Counted from the first letter of the stretch, positions 54,051 to 64,000 are shown. The stretch: 64,000 bases of DNA from an uncultured Candidatus Saccharibacteria bacterium (GCA_964388775.1 CAYMBW010000001.1:71317-135316), one strand, 5' to 3'. The notes: generated by a model not told the origin, from the letters alone. Made by a program: numbers and translations.

Positions 54051-55286
54051 ATGTTTTTATTACTTAAGAAACCAAAAGAAAGAAAATATGGCGCAGATGG
54101 CTTAAACGCTGTTATTATGGCGGCAGGCCGAGGGGAAAGGATGCAGCCCCTTTCATCTGAAAAACAAAAACATTTGTTGAAGATATTGGGTAAAAGTATT
54201 TTAGAACACAACTTAGAACAATTAGATGGGTTAGTGGGAACTGCGATTTTAGTAATTAGGCCGGATGAGAGATGTAAAGAGATTAGAAGGATAATCGGAA
54301 GAAAATATGGAGGAGTTAAAATAAAATACGCGCTGGAAGAAGAGCCATTAGGCACGGCAGATGCTGCTAAAGCCGCCTTGCCTCTTATCAAGGAAAGATT
54401 TTTGCTTCTGAACGGAGATGATTTGTACAGTCGCGATGATATTAAAAATGTCTTGGACAAGTTTCCTTGTATTTTGGTTAAAAAAGTTGAGCAGCCAAAA
54501 TTCTTCGGGATTGTGGGCGTTGCTAATAAAATAGCAGAATCATTTGTAGAAAAACCGAAAATTCCAACTTCTAATTTGGCCAATACGGGGATGTACTATT
54601 TACCGAGAGATATTTTTAGTTTTTCAATTGAAAAATCCGAAAGAGGAGAATACGAATTTACTGACTATATTAAACAGTTCATCGCCAAAGAAAAACTTAA
54701 CGTTCAGGAGGCAGAGCAATGGATTCCGATTTCATTCTGCTGGCATCTTATCGAGGCCAGTGAGGCGCTATTAAAAAAAGCAGGAGGAGCCAATCAGGGG
54801 AGGATAGATGAGAATTGCGTGGTTTCCGGAAATTTATTGATAGGCAAGGGAACGATTATAGAAAAAGGGACACGAGTGGAAGGCCCTGTCTATATCGGAA
54901 AAAGTTGTTTGATTGAGCCAAATTGCTTTATTAGAAAATTTAGCAGTATCGGAGATGGAGTTAAGGTAAGAGAAGGGGCAACTATTGATAACACTGTTAT
55001 TGGTAGTAATACGGAGATAGGCCCCAAGTGTTTAGTCGCTGATTCTGTAATTGGAGATAACTGCAATTTAGGGGCAGGGACAACCACCTTGAATTTTAAC
55101 GAAGATGGAACAACGGTAAGAACGTCGGCCAAAGGAAAAATTGTTGACACCAAAAGGGCAAAATTTGGAGCAGTCATAGGGGACAAAGTAAAGACCGGAG
55201 CCGGAGTCATTATTTCTCCGGGTAAAAAGATTTGGCCCAATAGGTCATTGCCTGACGGCCAAAGAGTTACGGAAGACATTCGATAA
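54051..55286 (+). CDS. bifunctional sugar-phosphate nucleotidyltransferase / hexapeptide-repeat (left-handed beta-helix) protein, GlmU-like
   Basis: NAVIMAAGRGERM NTP-transferase motif; C-terminal hexapeptide repeats. Confidence 0.65.
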   Translation: MFLLLKKPKERKYGADGLNAVIMAAGRGERMQPLSSEKQKHLLKILGKSILEHNLEQLDGLVGTAILVIRPDERCKEIRRIIGRKYGGVKIKYALEEEPLGTADAAKAALPLIKERFLLLNGDDLYSRDDIKNVLDKFPCILVKKVEQPKFFGIVGVANKIAESFVEKPKIPTSNLANTGMYYLPRDIFSFSIEKSERGEYEFTDYIKQFIAKEKLNVQEAEQWIPISFCWHLIEASEALLKKAGGANQGRIDENCVVSGNLLIGKGTIIEKGTRVEGPVYIGKSCLIEPNCFIRKFSSIGDGVKVREGATIDNTVIGSNTEIGPKCLVADSVIGDNCNLGAGTTTLNFNEDGTTVRTSAKGKIVDTKRAKFGAVIGDKVKTGAGVIISPGKKIWPNRSLPDGQRVTEDIR

Positions 55287-55298
55287 ACATTCAATAAA

Positions 55299-56237
55299 TT
55301 GCTGATGAAAAAAGCAAGAGCATTGGTTTTACTGTCAGGCGGGTTAGATTCTATCCTGACGGTTAAATTATTATTGGAGCAAAAGATAAAAGTAGAAACC
55401 CTGGTTTTTAAGAGTTGTTTTTTTGGTTCCGAACATGCGCAAATAACAGCCGAAAAACTTGGCGTTAATCTTAAAATAGTTGACTTTTCTCGCAAGCATT
55501 TTGAAATGGTTAAAAATCCAAGGCATGGTTATGGTAAAAATATGAATCCCTGTATAGATTGCCATATGTTGATGCTTAGAGTTGCCAAAGAGATAATGAC
55601 GAGAAAGGGCTTTGATTTTGTCGCCACCGGAGAGGTTTTGGGAGAAAGGCCGATGTCTCAAAATAAACAATCTCTAAAGTTGATAGAAAAACAGAGCGGA
55701 CTTAAGGGATATCTTTTGAGGCCTTTGTCGGCTAAGTTGCTTGAACCGACAGAGGCAGAGAAGCAAGGGCTTATTAACAGGAGTAAGCTTCTGTCAATCA
55801 GCGGCCGCTCGCGAAAAGAACAATTGGCAATGGCAAAAAAATGGAAAATTGATTGGTTCCCTACACCCAGTGGAGGATGCCTCTTGACTGATTCCCGGTT
55901 CTCCGAAAAATTAAGGGACTTAATCAAGAATATTGCAAAGCCGAGTATGGATGATATTGATTTGTTGAAAGTAGGCAGGCATTTTTGGGATAATGGCGTT
56001 AAAATAATTATAGGAAGAAACCACCAAGAGAATTTAAAATTGAGAGAGTTAGGTAAAAATAACGATGTCTTGTTGGAAATGAAAGAGCCGGCCGGTCCGA
56101 CTGCCTTGATAAGGGGATATAAAAAAGAAATTAGCGAAAAATCAATTCAAAAAGCAAAAGAATTGATAAGGGCGTATGCCCCAAAAGCAAGGGATAAGAA
56201 AAGAATATCTTTTGATATGTTTTCACTGGATTCTTGA
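55299..56237 (+). CDS. PP-loop ATP pyrophosphatase, ThiI/tRNA-thiolation-like (no THUMP domain)
   Basis: SGGLDS PP-loop; NPCIDCHMLM and GEVLGERPMSQN resemble the ThiI catalytic region. Confidence 0.55.
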   Translation: MLMKKARALVLLSGGLDSILTVKLLLEQKIKVETLVFKSCFFGSEHAQITAEKLGVNLKIVDFSRKHFEMVKNPRHGYGKNMNPCIDCHMLMLRVAKEIMTRKGFDFVATGEVLGERPMSQNKQSLKLIEKQSGLKGYLLRPLSAKLLEPTEAEKQGLINRSKLLSISGRSRKEQLAMAKKWKIDWFPTPSGGCLLTDSRFSEKLRDLIKNIAKPSMDDIDLLKVGRHFWDNGVKIIIGRNHQENLKLRELGKNNDVLLEMKEPAGPTALIRGYKKEISEKSIQKAKELIRAYAPKARDKKRISFDMFSLDS

Positions 56238-56292
56238 TTTGGGCTAATTGTTTGCATCTGTTATAATATAAAAATATAGATTCTAAAAAGAA

Positions 56293-57393
56293 ATGATAAA
56301 CATAGCCGTTATAAAAGATTATTTATCTCAAGCATTGAGCAATAGGCCGGAGGTATTAAGCAAAGTTTTTTGGGGAAATACGTTTTTTGATTACTTGATA
56401 GCGTTTTTTGTTTTTATAGTGGTTATTTTAATTTTAAGAATTTTTAAGGAGTTTATAATCGTAAAATTAAAGAATTTCGCAAAGCACACTAAAACCAAAA
56501 TTGACGATGTGTTGGTTAGAGTTATTGATTCCGTGGGTTGGCCCCTATATGTTATTCTTTCTTTTTATTTGGCATTCCTTTTTATCCGTATTCCGGAAGC
56601 CATAGAGAAATATTTTCCGACAGTAATTTTTGTTTTCTTGGTTTTTTACATAGTAAAAGCCGTTCAGGTTTTGATAGATTACAGCACAGAGAGAGCCGTA
56701 TCAGAAGATGAAAAAGACGGGAAGATAGATCGTCCGGGCCTGCGGTTTGTCGGCAAATTAACAAAGGTTATAGTATGGGCATTTGGATTTATTGTCATCT
56801 TGCGGTCTTTTGGATATAATGTCACCGCTTTGGCAGCCAGCTTGGGAATCGGCGGTATCGCTATCGCTTTTGCTTTACAAAATGTTCTGGCCGATATTTT
56901 TGCTTCGTTTGCGATTGACATTGACCGACCCTTCAAAGTAGGGGATTTTATTTCTATTGGCGAAGAAATGGGCAAAGTAAAGAGTATTGGGATAAAATCT
57001 ACTCGTTTGCAAAGTTTACAAGGAGAAGAATTGGTTATCTCCAACAAGGAGCTCACTAATTCTCGAATTCATAATTTCGGCCAAATGCAGAGAAGAAGGT
57101 CTGTTTTTATGATAGGAGTTGCTTATGATACGCCGCTAAAAAAATTAGAAAAAATTCCCGGAATAATCAAGGATATTTTAAAAAACATTAAAGGAGTTAT
57201 GGTGGATAGGGTATATTTTAAAGAATTTGGGACATTTAATTTGGGGTTTGAAATCGCCTATTTTTTCAAATCAGCCAATTTCAATGACTTTGTTAAAGTC
57301 AGGGAAACGATTAATTTTGGCATTAAAAAGGCCTTTGACAAAGAAGGGATTTCCATAGTCAATTCGGCGCCGAGAGTTCTACCAAAGAAATAA
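56293..57393 (+). CDS. small-conductance mechanosensitive channel (MscS family)
   Basis: TM helices followed by the MS_channel beta-domain FKVGDFISIGEEMGKVKSIGIKSTRLQSLQGEELVISN. Confidence 0.8.
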   Translation: MINIAVIKDYLSQALSNRPEVLSKVFWGNTFFDYLIAFFVFIVVILILRIFKEFIIVKLKNFAKHTKTKIDDVLVRVIDSVGWPLYVILSFYLAFLFIRIPEAIEKYFPTVIFVFLVFYIVKAVQVLIDYSTERAVSEDEKDGKIDRPGLRFVGKLTKVIVWAFGFIVILRSFGYNVTALAASLGIGGIAIAFALQNVLADIFASFAIDIDRPFKVGDFISIGEEMGKVKSIGIKSTRLQSLQGEELVISNKELTNSRIHNFGQMQRRRSVFMIGVAYDTPLKKLEKIPGIIKDILKNIKGVMVDRVYFKEFGTFNLGFEIAYFFKSANFNDFVKVRETINFGIKKAFDKEGISIVNSAPRVLPKK

Positions 57394-57453
57394 CTTTATT
57401 AGAGAAAAAAAGGCCGGGTCTCGCGACTCGGCTTTACTCGTTTCCGCTGTTTC

Positions 57454-57807
57454 TCAATTTTCCGGAGAGAGCATTCTCCGAACCGTTTCGCCCACTTGTT
57501 CCGGGCGGCAGAATTCGCATCCTAACTTTTCAAAAACCGTACGTTCGTAGGAAAACTGTGAGACAGCGACAGCAGTCATCCCCGGCCTATTGACGATAGA
57601 AAAGGCAACAGCGCGCGGGTCCTCGTAGTGGTCTCCGTCAAACCCGCGAGCATTGAAAAGGACGATGTCGGGATGAATCTCACCGATTTGCCGCATTCCT
57701 GTTTCCTCGGTCAACGCCACAGCAAGGTTGCACTTGCCTTTTGCCACTTCTTTTTCTATCTCTCGGCGTACTCCTTCGGGTGTGTTTATCAGTAGCACTG
57801 TCTTCAT
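57454..57807 (-). CDS. GC-rich hypothetical protein with receiver-like (CheY-fold) pattern lacking the phospho-acceptor Asp residues
   Basis: KTVLLINT...PDIVLFNARGFDGD resembles a receiver domain with Asn in place of Asp; the gene is about 52-55% GC in a roughly 34% GC background. Confidence 0.35.
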   Translation of the reverse strand: MKTVLLINTPEGVRREIEKEVAKGKCNLAVALTEETGMRQIGEIHPDIVLFNARGFDGDHYEDPRAVAFSIVNRPGMTAVAVSQFSYERTVFEKLGCEFCRPEQVGETVRRMLSPEN

Positions 57808-57915
57808 TTTTTGTTTCCCCCTTCAGAAGTTAGAGTAATTTAAATATTACCATATAGTTGTTGCGAAGTCAAATTTTAAATTGTGTTTTTAAGGCAAATA
57901 TACTAACCTATAATA

Positions 57916-58665
57916 ATGGTTAAAATTATTGCTTTAGCCAATTTGAAGGGCGGAACAGGGAAGACAAATGTGGCGGTAAATCTTTCTATGTTTCTTTCTG
58001 CTCTTGGGAAAAGGGTTTTACTCATTGATTTAACTCCGCAAGGAGATGCCACTTTTTCTTTGGGAATCAAAAGCAGCCCGAATTATGTGGGCGATGTTTT
58101 ATTGCAAAAAATCAGACCAAAATTGGCGGTCAAAAGCACCCCTTATTTCGCTTTTGATATTATGCCTTCTTTCCCGGAGCTAATCTCTGCCATCAGTAAA
58201 CTAAGAGAAGTGCGCAAGCCGGAAACTCGACTGAAAGAAGCGATTGAGAAAATGGAAGAGGACTACGATTTTGTTATTGTAGACACTTGCCCGGATTTTA
58301 ATATTCTTACCCTTAACGCTCTTTATACCGCTGATGAAATTATGATTCCAATTCAATCAGAATGCCTGGCCCTAAGAAATGCTAATCAATTAGTTTCTAT
58401 GATTCATTCTTTTATCTCTCTGAAAGAAAAAGAAGTGAGCGCTGTCTTGACAATGTATGGTTGGAGAAGCAAGATTTCAAGAAGCGTTTCCAAGGCGGTT
58501 AAAAACGAATTTGAAGGTTATGTTTATAATACTGTTATTCCCAGAACCGCTATTTTATCCCAAGTAACGGGTTCAAAAGAGCCGATTTTAAAATCCGCTC
58601 CCAATTCCCGCGCCGCTCGCGCGTTCAAGCAGTTAGCCGAAGAAGTAATCTCCCGCACCCCATAA
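57916..58665 (+). CDS. parA: ParA/Soj-family partitioning ATPase
   Basis: Deviant Walker A KGGTGKTNVAVNLS. Confidence 0.85.
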   Translation: MVKIIALANLKGGTGKTNVAVNLSMFLSALGKRVLLIDLTPQGDATFSLGIKSSPNYVGDVLLQKIRPKLAVKSTPYFAFDIMPSFPELISAISKLREVRKPETRLKEAIEKMEEDYDFVIVDTCPDFNILTLNALYTADEIMIPIQSECLALRNANQLVSMIHSFISLKEKEVSAVLTMYGWRSKISRSVSKAVKNEFEGYVYNTVIPRTAILSQVTGSKEPILKSAPNSRAARAFKQLAEEVISRTP

Positions 58666-58690
58666 TCAATAATCACTAATCACTAATTAA

Positions 58691-58717
58691 AAATTACGAG
58701 GCCCGGCCTCGTAATTT
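58691..58717. repeat. palindromic hairpin AAATTACGAGGCCCGGCCTCGTAATTT (copy 3)
   Basis: Identical to the 26283 copy; directly after the parA stop. Confidence 0.7.
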
Positions 58718-58792
58718 TGGTTTCTCTATTTTTAACTTTTCATTTTTAACTTTTAATTTGAGCGAAGTTCGCCCAAGGCGGACAAGCGATTG

Positions 58793-58876
58793 TGCCGGAG
58801 GAGGGAATCGAACCCACAAGTCCTTGCGGACAATGGATTTTGAATCCATCGTGTTTACCTATTTCACCACTCCGGC
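58793..58876 (-). tRNA. tRNA-Leu (anticodon CAA)
   Basis: Minus strand reads GCCGGAGTGGTGAAATAGGTAAACACGATGGATTCAAAATCCATTGTCCGCAAGGACTTGTGGGTTCGATTCCCTCCTCCGGCA: 7-bp acceptor, long variable arm, T-loop TTCGATT, anticodon loop TTCAAAA. Confidence 0.8.
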
Positions 58877-58902
58877 ATATTTATCTATTAGCAAATTTAA
58901 TG

Positions 58903-60948
58903 CTATTTTTCAACTTTTTTAGAGGTTTCTCCGCACTCTTTATTTGAGCATTTTGTTTGCTTCCTTTTTGTTATTATCATTAATGCTCCGCATTGCTCGC
59001 ATTTTTTACCGGTTGGCTTGTCCCATAAAGCAAAATCGCATTTCGGAAATTTATTGCAACCGTAAAATATTTTTCCTTTTTTAGTCCGTTTTTCAGTAAT
59101 TTCTCCTTGTTTGCATTTGGGGCAGGGAATTCCGAGTTTATTGTCTTTAAGCGATTCCGTATACCGGCATTTTGGGAAATTGGTGCAGGCGTAAAATTTG
59201 CCGAACCTCCCTAATTTTATAATCAATTCCGCTCCGCATTCGGGGCATTTTTTATCGGTTTTTTCTTCCGCAATTTCCTGCTTGGAAAGCTCTTTTTCCT
59301 TTCTGGACAACGTCTCGGCGAATGGCTGATAAAAATCACTTACTACTTTCTGCCATTCCTTTTCCCCTTCGGCGATTTCATCTAAATCCGCCTCCATTTT
59401 AGCGGTGAATTCAATATCAACAATTTTAGGAAAATTTTCCACCAGCAAATCATTTACCACCGTGCCGATTTCTGTTGGTTGGAATTTTTTTTGTTCGTTC
59501 TTAGAAACATAATTCCGCCTTTGGATGGTAGAAATAATCGGGGCATAAGTGGATGGCCGGCCGATTCCGTATTGTTCCAATGCTTTGATTAAAGAGGGCT
59601 CGTTATAGCGGGCAAGGGGCTGAGTAAAATGTTGTGAAGGAGTCAGTTTGATTAATTCCAATATTTCTTTTTCTTGAAGTTCCGGAATCTCATTTTCTCC
59701 AAATTGCAATGGATAAATTTTCAAAAATCCCTCAAATTTTAATATTTGTCCTCTTGCCTGAAAAATATATTTGCAGGACTCCGGATTTCTCGCTTCAATC
59801 TTTACATCCGTAGAATCAATAATCGCTTCGCTCATTTGGCTTGCCATAAATCTTGACCAGATTAATTGATAAAGTTTTGCTTGGGCCCCTTCTAAATTAA
59901 GTTTTTGGGGGTCGTTTTGGGGGTTGGAAGGCCTGATTGCTTCGTGCGCTTCCTGTGCTCCTTTGCTTTTTGTTTTGTATTTACGCGAAAAACCGGGCCA
60001 ATATTTTTCTCCAAAATTTTCAATAATATATTTTTTGGCTGCGAAAGTGGATTCAGCGGAAAGATTTAAAGAATCGGTCCGATGATAGGAAATCAGCCCT
60101 CTTTCATAAAGGTTTTGAGCCAGAGACATTGTTTTGTATGAGCTTAACCGCAATCGTTGTCCGGCGGTTTGTTGGAGCGTGCTGGTGGTGAATGGGGGAA
60201 GAGGATTTCTTTTCGTCGCCTTCTTATCAATAGATGTTACTTCAAAAATCGCATCCTTTAAATCATTGACTATCGTTTCCGCTTCTTTCTGCGTCTTAAT
60301 CCCCAATTTCGGAATTTTTTTGTCGTCTTTTTCTATCAAAATAGCGTCAAATTCGTTTTTCGTTTTGAGTGAAGCGATTATATTCCAATATTCTTCTGCT
60401 TTGAATTTTTCGATTTCCCTTTCCCGTTCCACTATTAGCCGGACTGTTGCTGACTGGACTCGACCGGCAGAAAGTCCGCGAGCGACTTTTTTCCACAAGA
60501 GAGGCGATAGTTTATAGCCCACGATTCTATCTAACACTCTTCGCGCCGTTTGAGCGTCCACTAAATTCAGATAAAGCTGACGCGGATTTTTCAGCGCTTC
60601 CTTGATTGCTTTTTCAGTTATTTCGTGAAAAACGATTCTTTGATAACTTTTTAAACCCAAAATTTCTTTAAGATGATAGGCAATCGCTTCTCCTTCTCTG
60701 TCCTCGTCGGTAGCGAGGATGACTTCAGAAGCATCTTTAACCAATTTTTTCAAAGAATTTACGGTTTTTCTTGATTTTGTGGGGATGACATACTGAGGGG
60801 CAAAATTATTTTCAATATCAACGCCCAATTTTGATTTGGGCAAATCTCTGACATGGCCAAAACTGGCCGCGAGCTCATACTCTTTGCCCAAGAAGTTGCC
60901 GAGAGTTTTTCCCTTAGTAGGGCTTTCCACAATAATTAATTTTGCCAT
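58903..60948 (-). CDS. topA: DNA topoisomerase I
   Basis: Toprim N-terminus LIIVESPTKGKT, catalytic Tyr region, C-terminal Cys4 zinc ribbons. Confidence 0.9.
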   Translation of the reverse strand: MAKLIIVESPTKGKTLGNFLGKEYELAASFGHVRDLPKSKLGVDIENNFAPQYVIPTKSRKTVNSLKKLVKDASEVILATDEDREGEAIAYHLKEILGLKSYQRIVFHEITEKAIKEALKNPRQLYLNLVDAQTARRVLDRIVGYKLSPLLWKKVARGLSAGRVQSATVRLIVEREREIEKFKAEEYWNIIASLKTKNEFDAILIEKDDKKIPKLGIKTQKEAETIVNDLKDAIFEVTSIDKKATKRNPLPPFTTSTLQQTAGQRLRLSSYKTMSLAQNLYERGLISYHRTDSLNLSAESTFAAKKYIIENFGEKYWPGFSRKYKTKSKGAQEAHEAIRPSNPQNDPQKLNLEGAQAKLYQLIWSRFMASQMSEAIIDSTDVKIEARNPESCKYIFQARGQILKFEGFLKIYPLQFGENEIPELQEKEILELIKLTPSQHFTQPLARYNEPSLIKALEQYGIGRPSTYAPIISTIQRRNYVSKNEQKKFQPTEIGTVVNDLLVENFPKIVDIEFTAKMEADLDEIAEGEKEWQKVVSDFYQPFAETLSRKEKELSKQEIAEEKTDKKCPECGAELIIKLGRFGKFYACTNFPKCRYTESLKDNKLGIPCPKCKQGEITEKRTKKGKIFYGCNKFPKCDFALWDKPTGKKCEQCGALMIITKRKQTKCSNKECGETSKKVEK

Positions 60949-61814
60949 TTGTTTTTTATAATAAAGACATTGCTTCCTAAATTTTTTATTATCCCTGTCA
61001 TTTCTAAATTAATCAAACAAGAATTTATTTTCATTGGAGATAATTTGGTCTTTTCAATTATTTGATTGATATGCAAGGCCTGATTTTTTAGGGCGTTTAA
61101 TATTGATTTTTCCTCATTTGTCGCGCTTACCAGTTTTTGGCTTATTATTTTTGGAGTAATTCCAAATTCTTTCAAAATATCTTCTCCGTTTTCAACCAAT
61201 TTTGCCCCGCATTTAATAAGGCCGTTACATCCTCTGGAATTTAGGGCATAAATGGAGCCGGGTAAAGCAAAAATCGTTTTTTTCTGTTGGAATCCGTGGC
61301 GAGCGGTAATCAAAGCGCCGGACCGTTCTTTCGCCTCAATTACCAAGAGGGCATTGCTGATTCCTGAAATTATCCTGTTTCTTTTCGGAAAATTGCTTTT
61401 ATGGCCCGGTGTGTTTGGGGGATACTCTGAAATAACGGCCCCGTTGCTTTCAATAATTTTTTGGAACAAGCCGAGGTTTTCTTGGGGATAAACACTCTTT
61501 TCGTCAAGGCCGGTTCCCAGTACGGCGATTGTTTTGGAATTATAGTCCAATGCGGTTTGGTGAGCAATGGTGTCAATGCCTTTTGCCATTCCGCTTACGA
61601 TTACAAATCCGGCTTGGGCCAGCTTGGAAACAATTTCTATTGTTGCCTGTTTCCCATAATCCGAGCATCGCCTTGTGCCGACAACGGCTATCACCGGCTC
61701 TCTGCCGAGACCTAAGTTTCCTTTATAATATAAGACCCTTGGCGGGTCAATTATTTCTTTCAGCAGTCGGGGATAGAAAGGGTCATCTATACCGATTGTT
61801 TTTATATCTTCCAT
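60936..61814 (-). CDS. dprA: DNA processing protein DprA
   Basis: Rossmann-like GIDTIAHQTAL...LGTGLD...ISEYPPNTP...RNRIISG. Confidence 0.85.
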   Translation of the reverse strand: MEDIKTIGIDDPFYPRLLKEIIDPPRVLYYKGNLGLGREPVIAVVGTRRCSDYGKQATIEIVSKLAQAGFVIVSGMAKGIDTIAHQTALDYNSKTIAVLGTGLDEKSVYPQENLGLFQKIIESNGAVISEYPPNTPGHKSNFPKRNRIISGISNALLVIEAKERSGALITARHGFQQKKTIFALPGSIYALNSRGCNGLIKCGAKLVENGEDILKEFGITPKIISQKLVSATNEEKSILNALKNQALHINQIIEKTKLSPMKINSCLINLEMTGIIKNLGSNVFIIKNKWQN

Positions 61815-61832
61815 TAGGGTCCTGATGTTTTT

Positions 61833-62363
61833 CTATAAAGAAGAGAATAAAGAGATTATCGCTTCTTCCTTTATATTTTTTAGTTGTTTTGATTCTTCTT
61901 TGGTAAATTTTTGCAAAACAAATTTTTTTGTATCTATTTTGCTTTTTGCTTTGTTTAGAATACCTATTTTAAGCTGTTTAAAATTTTTGTTCCCGAGTAA
62001 AGAGATAATGGATTCAATTCCTTTGTGTCCGCCGGAGCCAGATTCATTTTTAATTCTTATTTTTCCGAATTCCAAATCTATATCATCATGCACAATCCAA
62101 AGTTCGTCCGGCGATATTTTATAAAAAGCGGTTAATGGTTTTACCGCTTCGCCGGAATTGTTCATAAATGTTTGGGGCTTTGCCAGAATCAATTTTTTAT
62201 CTCCGTATTCCCCGATACACAACTTTGTTTTAAGCCGTTTTTTATTTTCCCAAACAGAAAAATCGCCATTTTTTCTTATTTGGTCCAAGATTTCAAATCC
62301 AATATTATGGCGGGTGTTTTTAAATTTTAGACCCGGGTTTCCAAGCCCGACTATCAAAATCAT
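61833..62363 (-). CDS. pth: peptidyl-tRNA hydrolase
   Basis: ILIVGLGNPGLKFKNTRHNIGF. Confidence 0.9.
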   Translation of the reverse strand: MILIVGLGNPGLKFKNTRHNIGFEILDQIRKNGDFSVWENKKRLKTKLCIGEYGDKKLILAKPQTFMNNSGEAVKPLTAFYKISPDELWIVHDDIDLEFGKIRIKNESGSGGHKGIESIISLLGNKNFKQLKIGILNKAKSKIDTKKFVLQKFTKEESKQLKNIKEEAIISLFSSL

Positions 62364-62456
62364 GTTTTCATTATATATCTATTTTTAAAAATCAGGCAAT
62401 CAATCAATGTCAATAATAAAATTTGTTCCGTCGGTTTTGAATTATTATGTTATTTT

Positions 62457-62473
62457 ACCCGCCCGGGGCGGGT
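62457..62473. repeat. GC-rich palindrome ACCCGCCCGGGGCGGGT in a divergent promoter region
   Basis: Same 15-nt palindrome as 13423-13437; here it lies between the divergent pth and lepB genes, so it is not simply a terminator. Confidence 0.6.
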
Positions 62474-62624
62474 AATTTTTCACATTTGCGCAGGAAGGGA
62501 GATGTCTCCTCCTCAAATAATAGAAAACTATCTTCCAATGGCGCAGTTTAGAATTGAGAGGTTCTTCTAACTCTTGCGTTTTCGGCTCATCAGCGTGGAT
62601 TACCAACCGGCCCCCGCTTTTTTG

Positions 62625-62653
62625 TTGTCAAAACATCGCTTTTGGTTTACAAT
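62625..62653 (+). promoter_or_regulatory. sigma70-like promoter for lepB (TTGTCA, 17 nt, TACAAT)
   Basis: 31 nt upstream of the ATG at 62685. Confidence 0.35.
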
Positions 62654-62684
62654 GATTGAATTGTCACTAAATTGTTATCAGATT

Positions 62685-63218
62685 ATGAAAAAATTTATTC
62701 TTTTTATTTGGGAGATAGTTAAGATAAGCATTATCGCTTTGCTCATAGTCGTGCCTATCAGGGCTTTTGTTTTCCAGCCCTTTTTTGTGAGTGGTGCGAG
62801 CATGGAACCCAATTTCCATGATTATGACTATATCATAGTTGATGAAATTTCTTATCGTTTAGGCAGCCCTCATCGGGGCGATGTGATAATTTTCTATAAC
62901 CCGCAAGATACGAGCAAAAGATTAATAAAAAGGGTGGTTGGCTTACCCGGAGAGACGATAAAAGTCCTTGATGGGCAGATTTTTATAAAAAATGACGATG
63001 AGGATTTTTCTATCTTAAATGAATCAAAATATTTGCCTTTTGAAACTAAAACTGCCGGGCATCTTGAAATAACCCTTGACGATAATCAATATTTTGTTTG
63101 CGGCGATAATCGCAATGTTTCCTTGGACTCCCGGTCGTTCGGTCCCTTGAAAAAGGATTTAATTATCGGCAGAAGCGTCTTCCGATTATGGCCCTTAAAT
63201 ACTTTTGTCAGCAAATGA
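62685..63218 (+). CDS. lepB: signal peptidase I
   Basis: TM anchor, Ser box SGASMEPNF, RVVGLPGETI, GDNRNVSLDSRSFGP; the tool ORF has an unsupported 37-aa N-terminal extension. Confidence 0.8.
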   Translation: MKKFILFIWEIVKISIIALLIVVPIRAFVFQPFFVSGASMEPNFHDYDYIIVDEISYRLGSPHRGDVIIFYNPQDTSKRLIKRVVGLPGETIKVLDGQIFIKNDDEDFSILNESKYLPFETKTAGHLEITLDDNQYFVCGDNRNVSLDSRSFGPLKKDLIIGRSVFRLWPLNTFVSK

Positions 63219-63221
63219 TGA

Positions 63222-64000
63222 TATGACAGGAAAACAGGTGAGCAAAAAAATTCAGGCGCCTCAGGGAATGTTTGATATTCTCCCGGAAGAACAGCCGTTT
63301 TATAAGAAGGTTTACGGAACCGGAGAAAAAATTTCTTCATTTTATGGATTTAAAGAAATCACTCCGCCGATTTTAGAATCAACTGAACTTTTTGAGAAAG
63401 GTACCGGTGAAGCAACCGAAATAGTAGAAAAACAAATGTATTCGCTTAGGACTAAAGGCGGGGATTCCTTAACTCTGAGGCCGGAATTTACTCCGTCCCT
63501 GGCAAGGGTCTATCTTGAACAAGGGATGATAAGTTTGCCTCAGCCGGTCAAAATGTTTTCTTTTGGTCCGGTCTTCAGACACGAGAGGCCGCAGGCAGGC
63601 AGGTACCGCCAATTTAACCAATTCAATCTGGAGGTTTTTGGTTCCGAGCACCCGATAGTGGACGTGGAAGTTATTTATGTCTTTTATAATATTCTTCAAT
63701 CCCTGGGGATTAAAAAATTGATTATTGAACTTAACAGTATCGGAGACAAAGAGTGTATAGGAGAATATAAGAAGCTTTTAGTAAGATATTTAAAGAAAAA
63801 CGAGGATTCTTTATGCGCAGATTGCAAAAGACGGCTCAAGGCAAATCCTTTGAGGATAATGGATTGCAAGCAGGAAAGGTGTAAGCAGATAGCTCTTGGC
63901 GCCCCCCAAATTATTGACCATCTTTGTAAAGAATGCCATAATCATTTCAAAAAGGTTTTGGAGTTTTTAGATGGCTTAGGTCTGCCCTATAGTCTGAATC
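63222..64000 (+). CDS. hisS: histidyl-tRNA synthetase (3'-truncated by the window end)
   Basis: ATG 4 nt after the lepB stop; GMFDILPEE, class II motifs FRHERPQAGRYRQFNQ; absent from the ORF track because no stop is reached. Confidence 0.9.

Noticed and set aside
54017-55495. Long minus-strand ORFs 54017-54583 (188 aa) and 54890-55495 (201 aa)
   Set aside because: They run antisense to a well-supported nucleotidyltransferase/beta-helix gene and the PP-loop gene. They are low-complexity with no motifs, and are probably antisense artefacts of the hexapeptide-repeat region.
62574-62684. 37-aa N-terminal extension of the signal peptidase ORF
   Set aside because: The extension overlaps the predicted lepB promoter and the GC-palindrome region. 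The SPase I fold begins at the internal ATG at 62685.

Overview
This is an AT-rich (about 33-36% GC), gene-dense, small-genome bacterial segment whose content points to the Candidate Phyla Radiation (Patescibacteria): many aminoacyl-tRNA synthetases, a minimal metabolism, Elp3, PolX and large surface proteins. The housekeeping backbone comprises a two-component signalling cluster, holA, rpsT, ruvA, a Mur ligase, NIF3, Elp3, greA, PolX, infC-rpmI-rplT, tmRNA plus smpB, argS-ileS, glyQS, a PAP2 phosphatase, an M16 peptidase, rsmI-metG-tatD, leuS, glmS, iorAB, YvcK/CofD, a GlmU-like enzyme, MscS, parA, topA, dprA, pth, lepB and hisS. Several accessory insertions interrupt it.

The main accessory system, at about 6.1-9.4 kb, is a complete diversity-generating retroelement (DGR): a GC-rich target gene whose 3' variable repeat (VR) differs from a downstream template repeat (TR) only at TR adenines (12 of 12 mismatches), an Avd gene on the opposite strand, and a DGR-type reverse transcriptase carrying the LPIGNLTSQ and YxDD motifs. 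It is followed by an AbiE-like nucleotidyltransferase toxin pair.

Other notable features:
- 7-nt tandem repeats (GTCCAAA-like) inserted in frame into ileS, metG, leuS and the Mur ligase.
- An IleRS carrying an inserted histidine-phosphatase (PGAM-like) domain.
- A DUF433/DUF5615 toxin-antitoxin cassette at the leuS 3' end, flanked by a 50-bp duplication that recreates the leuS C-terminus.
- A REP-associated tyrosine transposase with inverted REP palindromes, flanked by two copies of the leuS promoter.
- Recurrent GC-rich hairpin repeat families, small peptide genes with consensus promoters, and GC-rich islands that look foreign.
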